DNA from: Candidatus Binatia bacterium
GTDB taxonomy: Bacteria; Desulfobacterota; Binatia; UBA9968
Direction: 5' to 3'
DNA: 64,000 bases
Assembly: GCA_050735975.1 (NCBI GenBank)
Contig: JBOHVS010000019.1
Span: forward strand, 7,487 to 71,486
The position numbers and the translations under genes were made by a program. Position 1 is the stretch's first letter; every line of letters starts with the position of its first letter. This document shows, piece by piece, positions 27,075 to 35,102 of the stretch. The notes beneath the pieces were generated by a model. It worked only from the letters and a program-made list of their open reading frames with translations. It was not told the DNA's origin and did not search any database.

Positions 27075-28351
27075 TAGCCGAACACCTTCAAGACCCGGTG
27101 GAGCGCCTTTACCAGGACGTCGATCTCTGTGCGGGTATTGTAGAACGCAAACGACGCGCGCGCTGTTGCCGGCACGCCGAAACGCTGCATCACCGGCATC
27201 GCGCAATGATGCCCCGCCCGTATGGCGACTCCTTCTTGGTCCAAAATCGTTCCCACGTCGTGAGCATGCACTTGATCGAACACAAACGAGATAACCCCGG
27301 CTTTCTCTTTCGCGGTTCCGATAATTCGCAGGCCGGGAATCGCCGACAAAGCAGTCGTACCGTAAGCCAGCAGATTGCGCTCATGTTCCGCAACTTCATC
27401 CCAATCCAAACCGTCGAGGTAGTCAATCGCCGCGCCCAAGCCGATTCCCCCGGCGATGTTCGGAGTCCCGGCCTCAAACTTGTATGGCAGGACGTTGTAA
27501 TGGGTCTTTTCAAAAGTCACGAGGCTGATCATATCACCGCCGCCCTGATACGGGGGCATGGCGTCGAGCAGCTCGGCGCGTCCGTAAAGAATTCCGACCC
27601 CGGTCGGTCCGAAAAGCTTGTGTCCGGAAAAGGCGTAAAAATCGCAGCCGATATCCTGGACGTCAACCGGAAAGTGAGGTACAGCCTGCGCCCCGTCAAC
27701 CAGAACGGGAATGCCTCGCTCGTGCGCTAGCCTGACAATTTCCTTCACCGGCACGATCGTTCCCAGAGCGTTCGAAACGTGCGTGATAGAGACGAATTTG
27801 GTCCTCTCGTTGAGCGCGCGACGGTACTCCTCAACCACCAGTTCGCCGTCATGGTTGACCGGAGCTATGCGCAGTTTGGCGCCCACCTGCCCACAGAGTA
27901 TCTGCCAGGGCACAATATTGGAATGGTGCTCCATTGCCGAGATGATGATCTCATCGCCTTCTTTAAGGAAGGTCCGGCCATAACTCTGAGTAACCAGGTT
28001 GATCGCCTCGGTAGTACCGCGGACGAAAATGAGCTCTTGGGGGCTCGGCGCGTTCACAAAGCGCTGAATCTTTTCGCGCGCCGCCTCGTACGCGCCGGTC
28101 GCCCGCTCGCTCAAAAAGTGGACCCCGCGATGGATATTGGAGTTCTCGGTCGCGTAGTACCGGCTCAGCGCGTCGATGACAACCCGCGGTTTCTGGCTGG
28201 TCGCCCCATTATCCAGGTAAACTAGAGGTTTGCCATGCACCCTCGCGTCTAGCAAAGGAAAATCCTTGCGCACCGTCTGAACGTCGAAGGACCGCGGCGA
28301 GGCGTTCGGAACTACAACGTTGCGAAGGGCTTTTGTTGGACTGGTAGTCAT
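27074..28351 (-). CDS. sufS: Cysteine desulfurase, SufS subfamily (PLP-dependent)
   Basis: 425 aa. Motifs YLDNGATSQKP, FSGHKLFGPTGVGILYG (PLP Lys) and RAGHHCAMP (active-site Cys). Confidence 0.92.
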   Translation of the reverse strand: MTTSPTKALRNVVVPNASPRSFDVQTVRKDFPLLDARVHGKPLVYLDNGATSQKPRVVIDALSRYYATENSNIHRGVHFLSERATGAYEAAREKIQRFVNAPSPQELIFVRGTTEAINLVTQSYGRTFLKEGDEIIISAMEHHSNIVPWQILCGQVGAKLRIAPVNHDGELVVEEYRRALNERTKFVSITHVSNALGTIVPVKEIVRLAHERGIPVLVDGAQAVPHFPVDVQDIGCDFYAFSGHKLFGPTGVGILYGRAELLDAMPPYQGGGDMISLVTFEKTHYNVLPYKFEAGTPNIAGGIGLGAAIDYLDGLDWDEVAEHERNLLAYGTTALSAIPGLRIIGTAKEKAGVISFVFDQVHAHDVGTILDQEGVAIRAGHHCAMPVMQRFGVPATARASFAFYNTRTEIDVLVKALHRVLKVFG

Positions 28352-29673
28352 TGACTCCTTCCGAACTTCGTCAGCAGGTAATCATTCAAGCGCGCCCGCA
28401 TCGGCGGGATTTTGACACGGCTTACGACATCACTGGCAAAGGCATAGCTCAAAAGACTTTGGGCGTTTTCAAGATCCAGACCGCGGGAGCGAAGGTAGAA
28501 TAGCGCGTCTCGATCCAATTGACCGATCGTCGAGCCGTGGCTGCACTTCACATCGTCCGCATAGATTTCCAACTGCGGTTTCGTGTTCACCGCCGCGTCA
28601 CCGGAAAGTAAAAGGTTTTTGTTGCTCTGGCGCGCGTCCGTTTTCTGCGCCGCCTTATGGACGAATATCTTGCCATTAAATACCGCCCGTCCTTTGCCGC
28701 TCAAAATGCCTTTGTAGAGCTCGAAACTGGTGGCGCGCGGCTTGACATGGTCAATCCTCGTCTGGTTATCGATATGTTGATTGCCCTCGACCAGGTAAAG
28801 ACCATTGAGCACACATTCCACGCCCTCGCCGTCCAGCACGGCATGGATGTCATTCCGCACCAATGCTCCCCCCAGAATCACGGCATGCGCCGTGAGGTGA
28901 CAGCTCCGGCCCAAGTGGGCCGCCAGCACGCCAATATGCGAGCCGGTCTCGGTCTCGCGCTGCAATCGGTAGTGATCGATGTTTGCGTTCTCCCCGGCGA
29001 TAATCTCGGTCACGGCATTGTTCAAATAAGCCGTTTCGCTCAGGCCGACGTAGCTCTCCACAATCCGCGCCTGGGTATTTTCCTCGAAGACAAACAAATT
29101 CCTCGGGTGCGAGACAACGCGCTTACCCGCTTCGCAGGCGACGAAAATCAGATAAATCGGCTCGTCGATGGTCTGCCCCTTGGGCACGAGTATGAAAGCG
29201 CCGTCTTCGATGAATGCCGTGTTCAAAGCCACGAATCCATGCTCCCTCTGAACCGCATAGCGGGCCAGGTGGGTTTGCAAGGCTTCGCTATCATCCTCGC
29301 GAAGCGCCCGAGCTAAACTTTGGACCTTAACGCCCTCGGGCATGCCCCTTAACGAGGACAACCCCGGCGAGAAGACGCCGTTCACGAAAACCAGCCGGTT
29401 GCGTTCTGAATCTGCGAGCGACAATGCCAAAACCTCATCCGCACTAACCGCTCTTGACGCCCCGTTCGCCCTCTCGAAGCCAAGTGATGTAACCGGCTCG
29501 ACGTTGGTATACCTCCACTCCTCATTCTTCGTGGTCGGGAACCCCGCCTTGTCGAAATCGGCGATCGCTGACTCTCGCAACTCTCTGAGCCATAAAGGGC
29601 CTTTACTGGCCCCGTTTTTCTGATAACGAATAAAGGCCGAGAGATAATGCTCTTTTCCGTGTTCGGCTTGCAT
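28348..29673 (-). CDS. sufD: Fe-S cluster assembly protein SufD
   Basis: Start moved from a TTG inside sufC (29733) to ATG 29673. N-terminal FPTTKNEEWRYTNV and C-terminal GQLDRDALFYLRSRGLDLENAQSLL are SufD-like rather than SufB-like. Confidence 0.8.
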   Translation of the reverse strand: MQAEHGKEHYLSAFIRYQKNGASKGPLWLRELRESAIADFDKAGFPTTKNEEWRYTNVEPVTSLGFERANGASRAVSADEVLALSLADSERNRLVFVNGVFSPGLSSLRGMPEGVKVQSLARALREDDSEALQTHLARYAVQREHGFVALNTAFIEDGAFILVPKGQTIDEPIYLIFVACEAGKRVVSHPRNLFVFEENTQARIVESYVGLSETAYLNNAVTEIIAGENANIDHYRLQRETETGSHIGVLAAHLGRSCHLTAHAVILGGALVRNDIHAVLDGEGVECVLNGLYLVEGNQHIDNQTRIDHVKPRATSFELYKGILSGKGRAVFNGKIFVHKAAQKTDARQSNKNLLLSGDAAVNTKPQLEIYADDVKCSHGSTIGQLDRDALFYLRSRGLDLENAQSLLSYAFASDVVSRVKIPPMRARLNDYLLTKFGRSQ

Positions 29674-29702
29674 AATGAAGGCGCTGGAACGCCCGCGGTT
29701 CG

Positions 29703-30458
29703 CTACAGAACGGCGGCTTCGTTTTTGACCCAATCGTATCCTTTAATTTCCAGTTCGAGCGCCAGGTCCTTGGTCCCGGACTTGACGATGCGTCCGTCGT
29801 AGAGGACGTGAATAAAATCAGGAATAATATAATTAAGTAAACGCTGATAGTGCGTGATTACAATCATCGCCCGGTCTTCGCGACGCAGCGCGTTGACACC
29901 GCCGGCGACGATGCGCAAAGCATCGATGTCGAGCCCTGAATCGGTCTCGTCGAGGATCGCGAGCTTCGGATCGAGCACCGCCATTTGCAAAATTTCATTG
30001 CGTTTTTTCTCGCCCCCGGAAAAGCCCTCGTTAAGCGGCCGATTGGTCAGCGACGGGTCCATGTCGACCAACTTCATTTTTTCTTTGATCAACGCGAGAA
30101 AATCCATGGCATCCAGCTCTTCGAGTCCCTGGTGCTTGCGCATCGCGTTGAGCGCGGCCTTAAGAAAATAGGCGGTGCTGACCCCGGGAATCTCGACGGG
30201 GTATTGAAAAGCAAGAAAAACGCCTTCCCGCGCTCTGTCTTCGGGACTCATAGCCAAAAGGTCGTTACCGTTATAGTAGACTTTGCCCTCGGTCACTTCG
30301 TAATTCTCTCGTCCGGATAACACATGGGCGAGCGTACTCTTGCCCGAGCCGTTCGGTCCCATGATCGCGTGCACTTCACCGGCCCCAATCGTCAGGTTGA
30401 TGCCCTTCAGAATTTGCTTTTCACCGCCTTTGACCCACAAATTCTTTACCTCAAGCAT
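29703..30458 (-). CDS. sufC: Fe-S cluster assembly ATPase SufC
   Basis: Start set to ATG 30458 (MLEVKNLWV), preceded by AAGGAA. Walker A GPNGSGKST, signature FSGGEKKRNEI, Walker B LAILDETDSGLD. Confidence 0.92.
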   Translation of the reverse strand: MLEVKNLWVKGGEKQILKGINLTIGAGEVHAIMGPNGSGKSTLAHVLSGRENYEVTEGKVYYNGNDLLAMSPEDRAREGVFLAFQYPVEIPGVSTAYFLKAALNAMRKHQGLEELDAMDFLALIKEKMKLVDMDPSLTNRPLNEGFSGGEKKRNEILQMAVLDPKLAILDETDSGLDIDALRIVAGGVNALRREDRAMIVITHYQRLLNYIIPDFIHVLYDGRIVKSGTKDLALELEIKGYDWVKNEAAVL

Positions 30459-30483
30459 TCTTCGTTCCTTCATCGCCTTAGCA

Positions 30484-30975
30484 TTATGCAGTCCGCTGCA
30501 CGGCGGGCCGTGCAAGCCGCTCCCTCAAACCCTGTTTGTCCGCAATATCGCCGATCGAGACGCCGGCGAGGAAGTTAGCCAGCACCATTTGCGCTTCTTC
30601 CCAAATCGACTTCTGCGAACACACCGAGCAATAAGAACAGTAACTGACCCCTTTTTCGAGACATTCCATCAGCACCAACGGTCGCTCGACCGTTTCGTAC
30701 ACATCTTTGATGGTGATGCTCGCCGAGGCCTTCGCCAGGGTGAATCCGCCCTTCGAGCCCACGTGGGACTTTACCAGTCCACCGGCGACCAGATCTTTCA
30801 TGATCTTCGACAGATAGAACGAGGGGATATCCTGGCTCTTCTCGATATCCGCGCGGCTGACGATTTTGCCGACCGGCTGCCCTGCGAGAAAGGACAGCGC
30901 GCGGACGGCGTAATCGACCCGCCGCCCGACATTCATCAAAGAACTTCGCTCGCTCTTGGCCGCTGATCGTTTCAT
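30484..30975 (-). CDS. Rrf2 family transcriptional regulator (IscR/SufR-like, Cys-containing)
   Basis: wHTH RVDYAVRALSFLA...IPSFYLSKIMKDLVAGGLV plus Cys cluster CLEKGVSYCSYCSVC. First gene of the SUF operon. Start may be the Met at 30936. Confidence 0.85.
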   Translation of the reverse strand: MKRSAAKSERSSLMNVGRRVDYAVRALSFLAGQPVGKIVSRADIEKSQDIPSFYLSKIMKDLVAGGLVKSHVGSKGGFTLAKASASITIKDVYETVERPLVLMECLEKGVSYCSYCSVCSQKSIWEEAQMVLANFLAGVSIGDIADKQGLRERLARPAVQRTA

Positions 30976-31024
30976 GAATACCTTTTAGAATATAGACTCA
31001 TTAGGTCTTCCTTGTCAAGGTAAC

Positions 31025-31170
31025 CAGGCTGCTGAAAAAGCCTCATATGCTTCGTTGCGCTCGATCGCCTCGCTCCAACGTACTGACTAAGTACGCCTCC
31101 GCTCGTCGAACCATCGCGCGCCTCGCCTCTGAGTCTTTTTGACCAGCCTGCAAAGAAAGTTTTTCAACAC
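31025..31170. repeat. Family A composite element, second long copy
   Basis: Left end CAGGCTGCTGAAAAAGCCTCATATGC (31025-31050), right end TGAGTCTTTTTGACCAGCC (31130-31148), tail GTTTTTCAACAC. Lies in the divergent Rrf2/def intergenic region. Confidence 0.8.
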
Positions 31171-31346
31171 TCTCAAGAGGGACCTTACCCCTGCCGTGAG
31201 TTCGCTCGTTCGAACTGGGAATCCAGCGCTTCCCAGACCTCTGCCGGACATTCAAGATTTGCGTCTATGAGATTCTACGCTCAAGCGAGGAGCGTGCGAA
31301 CCAACCGGTCTTTCCGCCTACGTCTCCCCTGTGTTAAGAGAAACCT

Positions 31347-31880
31347 ATGTCCATTCTAAAGGTCGCGCGCCTGGGACATCCCGTGTTGCGCCAATACGCC
31401 GCGCCGCTGTCCCTCGGAGAGATCCAATCCCAAGCGACTCAAAAGTTTATCGACGATATGATTGCAACCATGAAGGAGTACGACGGCGTAGGGCTTGCGG
31501 CGGATCAGGTGCATGAATCCAAACAGATCGCAGTTCTCGAAGTTTTGGACAATCCGCGTTACCCGCAAAAACCCCACGTGCCCTTAACCGTGCTCGTCAA
31601 TCCTCAGGTCACCCCCCTGACAGAGGATACGGAGGAGGATTGGGAGGGCTGCTTGAGCATCCCCGACCTGCGGGGCAAAGTGCCGCGCTATAAATCGGTC
31701 GAGGTTCGCGCGCAGGATAGAAACGGCGAGCAGTTACGCTTCGTCGCGAGCGATTTTCACGCCCGTGTGATCCAGCATGAGTGGGATCATTTGAACGGAA
31801 AAGTTTATCTCGACCGCATGCGGGATTTTTCGACCCTCTGCTTTCTTACCGAGTTCGCGCGATATTGGCTCCCGAAGTGA
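31347..31880 (+). CDS. def: Peptide deformylase
   Basis: 177 aa. All three motifs present: GVGLAADQV, EGCLSIP, QHEWDHLNG. Confidence 0.92.
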   Translation: MSILKVARLGHPVLRQYAAPLSLGEIQSQATQKFIDDMIATMKEYDGVGLAADQVHESKQIAVLEVLDNPRYPQKPHVPLTVLVNPQVTPLTEDTEEDWEGCLSIPDLRGKVPRYKSVEVRAQDRNGEQLRFVASDFHARVIQHEWDHLNGKVYLDRMRDFSTLCFLTEFARYWLPK

Positions 31881-31925
31881 GTCGCGATGATTGTGTTTAC
31901 GATAGTGAAAGGCTAGAGTCCCTGC

Positions 31926-33218
31926 ATGAAACTTCCCCATCTGGAGGCTTCGCTAACGCGGATCCTTTCGAGCGTAACGCCGGCCATCGGCCGAATTCTC
32001 GATCGAGCTTTGGCCGGAGCGGATATCACCATCAACGAAGCAGCAGATCTCTTTGAGGCCGACGGTTCCGACCTCCCGGCGATAACCGCCGCGGCGGATC
32101 ATCTTCGCGTCAAAACCGTTGGCGACGTGGTAACCTACGTCATCAATCGTAATATTAATTTCACCAACGTTTGCGTAAAAGCGTGCGGTTTTTGCGCCTT
32201 TAGCAGGGGTCATTTGGCGGAAGAAGGCTACTTTCTTCCACTGGAAGAAGTCACTCGTCGGGCGCTGGAAGCCCACGATCTCGGCGCCACGGAAGTTTGC
32301 GTTCAGGCCGGGCTGGCCCCGGGCATGGACGGCTGGTATTACGTGAATCTTTGCCGCGCGCTGAAAGAGGCTCTGCCCGACCTTCACATCCACGGTTTTT
32401 CTCCGGAGGAAGTTCTTTATGGTTCCACCCTCACGGGGGTGACGATCCGTGAATATCTTGTTGCATTGAAGGAGGCGGGAGTCGGAAGTCTGCCGGGCAC
32501 CTCTGCTGAAGTGCTCGTTGATGAAATTCGCCAGCAGATCTCCCCGGGCCGTATCAGCACGGCTCAATGGATCGACTTGATCCAGACCGCCCACGAATTG
32601 GGAATCCGGACGACTTCGACAATCATGTACGGCCACGTAGAAAACTCGCGCCACAAGGCGGTGCATCTTGGCATTCTGCGTGATATTCAAAAACGCACGG
32701 GCGGCATCACGGAATTCGTGCCGCTCAGTTTCGTTTACGAAGAGGCGCCGATGTTTCATCGAAAGCGGCTACCCGGAATGCGGCAGGGGGCGAGCGGCGC
32801 GGAGGTTATGAAGATGTATGCCGTTTCCCGTCTGATGCTGAACAACACGATTCCCAACTTGCAGGTTTCCTGGGTGAAAGAAGGGCCTAAACTGTCTCAG
32901 ATCGCGCTGCTCGCGGGCGCCAATGATTTCGGCGGCACGTTGATCAACGAGAGCATCTCCACCGCCGCCGGCGCGGGTTACGGGCAATTGATGAAGCCCT
33001 CGCAGTTTCGCAGCCTCATCCGCGAGATGGGACGTGTCCCGGCGGAGCGATCCACTACCTACGATAAAGCCAAGGTTTTTCAATCCGAGGAAGGTCCGGC
33101 TGATTTGCTAGATGCAGTACAAGAACCCGCGGAACGCTTCGGCTCTTACCAGAACCTTATCCGCTTGAAAGACTACCGCTTTAGAGATTTCTACCGCGAA
33201 CAGAAGAGCAAGAACTGA
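31926..33218 (+). CDS. cofH: Radical SAM enzyme, CofH-like (FO synthase subunit 2 / FbiC C-terminal half)
   Basis: 430 aa. Motifs TYVINRNINFTNVCVKACGFCAF (CxxxCxxC), MYGHVENSRHKAVHLGILRDIQKRTGGITEFVPLSFV and ANDFGGTLINESISTAAGA match my recollection of CofH/FbiC better than MqnC/MqnE. About 50 extra aa at the C-terminus. Confidence 0.7.
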   Translation: MKLPHLEASLTRILSSVTPAIGRILDRALAGADITINEAADLFEADGSDLPAITAAADHLRVKTVGDVVTYVINRNINFTNVCVKACGFCAFSRGHLAEEGYFLPLEEVTRRALEAHDLGATEVCVQAGLAPGMDGWYYVNLCRALKEALPDLHIHGFSPEEVLYGSTLTGVTIREYLVALKEAGVGSLPGTSAEVLVDEIRQQISPGRISTAQWIDLIQTAHELGIRTTSTIMYGHVENSRHKAVHLGILRDIQKRTGGITEFVPLSFVYEEAPMFHRKRLPGMRQGASGAEVMKMYAVSRLMLNNTIPNLQVSWVKEGPKLSQIALLAGANDFGGTLINESISTAAGAGYGQLMKPSQFRSLIREMGRVPAERSTTYDKAKVFQSEEGPADLLDAVQEPAERFGSYQNLIRLKDYRFRDFYREQKSKN

Positions 33219-33254
33219 CCCCGACCATTATCGAGGGCGGCTTGTGATAAAAGC

Positions 33255-33863
33255 TTGAAAACCGCGGACGTGCAAGGTAATCCCGCGCAGTTCGAGGCGA
33301 TCGGAAGCCGAATCGGCTTCCGGATTGTTGAGGATAGCGATGGCATCCTGAAACTCCTCTGGCAGGGCCCGCGGTTTCCAGCATTTCTGTGCCTTGGAAT
33401 CGCGCTGGCTCTTCTGTTTATCTCGGTTCCCATCACGGAGGCGATCCGCCTTCGCGGCCTCGCCGGTCCGGCCGGCTCATTGTGGTATTTCCCGTTCATG
33501 AATCTAATCCTGTTTGCAATTTCGCTTTACCTCATTTCGATGAAACGGACGGTAGTTTTCGACGACGATGCCCGGCAAGTTATCTTCATCAAAAGTAGTC
33601 TGTTCCGAAAAATCACGCTTGCCGTGGGGTATGCAGAGATCCGGCTGATTCAAGTAGGCATGGACCGGGTCTACAGCGGTTTTGCGGTTGCCGGCTCTTC
33701 CGCCGCCCAGAGCTTTCCCGTCCCTTCTCTCCGGCTCCAATTATCCGACGACGGCACGGTCCTGTTGGATCGCGGAGGACTACGGAGGCTGAAACCTTTG
33801 GCGGAGCGGCTATCTGAAAAGTTACGAAAACCGCTGCAAATTGAACCGACGCTTCAGGGCTAG
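33255..33863 (+). CDS. Hypothetical membrane protein (two predicted TM helices)
   Basis: 202-aa ORF with a TTG start. Hydrophobic segments FPAFLCLGIALALLFISVPI and LWYFPFMNLILFAISLYLI. No recognisable family; start uncertain. Confidence 0.4.
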   Translation: MKTADVQGNPAQFEAIGSRIGFRIVEDSDGILKLLWQGPRFPAFLCLGIALALLFISVPITEAIRLRGLAGPAGSLWYFPFMNLILFAISLYLISMKRTVVFDDDARQVIFIKSSLFRKITLAVGYAEIRLIQVGMDRVYSGFAVAGSSAAQSFPVPSLRLQLSDDGTVLLDRGGLRRLKPLAERLSEKLRKPLQIEPTLQG

Positions 33864-33890
33864 TCTTTCACACTGAGGTCAGAAAGATCA

Positions 33891-33996
33891 TTTCGAATTT
33901 CGAAATTCGCAATTGGATTGGCTCCCTGCCCACTGCTCCTTGCTCTTTAACTCTTAGCTCTTTGCCCTTAGCCCTTTGATATCGGCCCTTTGCGCC
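33891..33996. repeat. Family C heptad-periodic tracts (TTTCGAA units, then nine T[AT]GCYCT units)
   Basis: 33934-33996 reads TGCTCCT|TGCTCTT|TAACTCT|TAGCTCT|TTGCCCT|TAGCCCT|TTGATAT|CGGCCCT|TTGCGCC. 33891-33918 reads TTTCGAA|TTTCGAA|ATTCGCA|ATTGGAT. Lies between two convergent genes. Confidence 0.8.
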
Positions 33997-34656
33997 TCAG
34001 GCGGGATTCCGAAACAGCGCCTGATGCAACTGGCCGATCGCTTTTCTCACCCCCTCGGCGGCGAGTTGTTCGGCAGTCAACCATCTGACCCCTCGCTCCT
34101 TGATATCGCCGAGCGCGAATATATTCTCGCTGAGAGGCTTTTGGGTCTCATCAAAGCGGGCCGACCAGATGATATCGCCTCGCCGCACATCGACGAGGTT
34201 GAGGATGAAGGCCACCGAGGCGGGGCTCTTCGCTCCCCATTCTTCCCCAACCCGTTCCCGGTAACGCTGGATGCGGCCGATCATCACCGCGTCTGCGTAG
34301 ACCATCTCTCCTATGCTCTTGATCCGCGCCGCTTCCGTGCTCCCCCCAACGGTTTGCGCCACATCTCGCACTTCGCTCGCCCCTACCACTTGCCAGTTGG
34401 TCATCGGCGCCATCGCCGAATACACCAGCTTTGCGAGCATCTCAGGCGCCTCTCTTTCGGAGCTCTTGGATTCCTGCGGCGGAGGCATCCCCAACGAAGG
34501 CCTCTTCTGCTCCGCCATGCTGATCTGCGGTGGCAGCACGGCAATGCGTTTTATTTTTCGTTGCGTAAGATCCGTGGAGTGCCTGCTCTGGATATTACCG
34601 GGGCCAAAGCTGCAGGCTGCGGCAAACAGAATCACGAAGATCAGAATATTCAGCAT
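33997..34656 (-). CDS. Putative lipoprotein (DUF799/LpoB-like)
   Basis: Trimmed to the Met at 34656: MLNILIFVILFAAAC = signal peptide plus lipobox Cys. RIAVLPPQ and DAVMIGRIQRYRE...IIWSARFDE resemble small outer-membrane-associated lipoproteins. Family assignment is tentative. Confidence 0.55.
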   Translation of the reverse strand: MLNILIFVILFAAACSFGPGNIQSRHSTDLTQRKIKRIAVLPPQISMAEQKRPSLGMPPPQESKSSEREAPEMLAKLVYSAMAPMTNWQVVGASEVRDVAQTVGGSTEAARIKSIGEMVYADAVMIGRIQRYRERVGEEWGAKSPASVAFILNLVDVRRGDIIWSARFDETQKPLSENIFALGDIKERGVRWLTAEQLAAEGVRKAIGQLHQALFRNPA

Positions 34657-34848
34657 AGTTAGGTGAAGCACAAGATAACAGAAGTGATCCGGCCTCTCAA
34701 TCATTAATAAAATTCAGCAGTCAGGAGCCCGGAGGTAGAGTAGGAGGCGGGTCAGCAGCTTGCTTGCAAAGTTTTTCAGCAGGCTGCTGGCCCGGATTAT
34801 TCACGAGGCCGGCAACACTATCAACGAACTGTCGTGTTCTCTTTCATC

Positions 34849-34966
34849 GCAAATTTCAAATTGTAAAGTGCAAAAGTCAAAATGAATAAAACCTTAACAG
34901 GTCGAAAACGAGGGAAGGTTCCCTGTCCGGACATTTTCCAATTTGCACTTTGCATTTTGCAATCCA
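34849..34966. repeat. Family C heptad-periodic inverted repeat (GCAAATT-type arms)
   Basis: Left arm GCAAATT|TCAAATT|GTAAAGT|GCAAAAG|TCAAAAT|GAATAAA (34849-34890). Right arm CATTTTC|CAATTTG|CACTTTG|CATTTTG|CAATCCA (34932-34966) is its imperfect reverse complement. 41-bp spacer. Confidence 0.8.
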
Positions 34967-35102
34967 TGAATAATGCAGGGTAGGTTATCGTCGGCTTTTA
35001 GCCGGCCGGGGCGAACCTCCCAGCTTGAAGCTGGGAGTGAGTCAGTTCGCAGACCTCGCGTGCCGCGTCCTCAAGAGTCGTCTTCCGGTTGAATTCGCCT
35101 TG

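Noticed and set aside
28348-29733. Whether the single SufB/D-family ORF is actually SufB, which would make the SUF operon ordinary.
   Set aside because: The N-terminal FPTTKNEEWRYT and C-terminal LFYLRSRG..AQSLL patterns match my knowledge of SufD, not SufB (which has LFYLMSRGI..EA..MIV.GF-type sequence). It is kept as SufD and flagged for HMM confirmation.
31926-33218. Annotating the radical SAM gene as MqnC/MqnE (futalosine-pathway menaquinone synthesis).
   Set aside because: The NRNINFTN, FSPEEV, NDFGGTL and MYGHV..RH..LRDIQ..TGG.TEFVPL blocks agree better with CofH/FbiC as I recall them. It remains a moderate-confidence call that needs HMM discrimination.
35018-35038. Perfect 9-bp hairpin CTCCCAGCT-TGA-AGCTGGGAG as an intrinsic terminator for the TctC-like gene.
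   Set aside because: No T/U tract follows on either strand, so it does not meet the intrinsic-terminator pattern. It is mentioned only as part of the repeat-rich gap.
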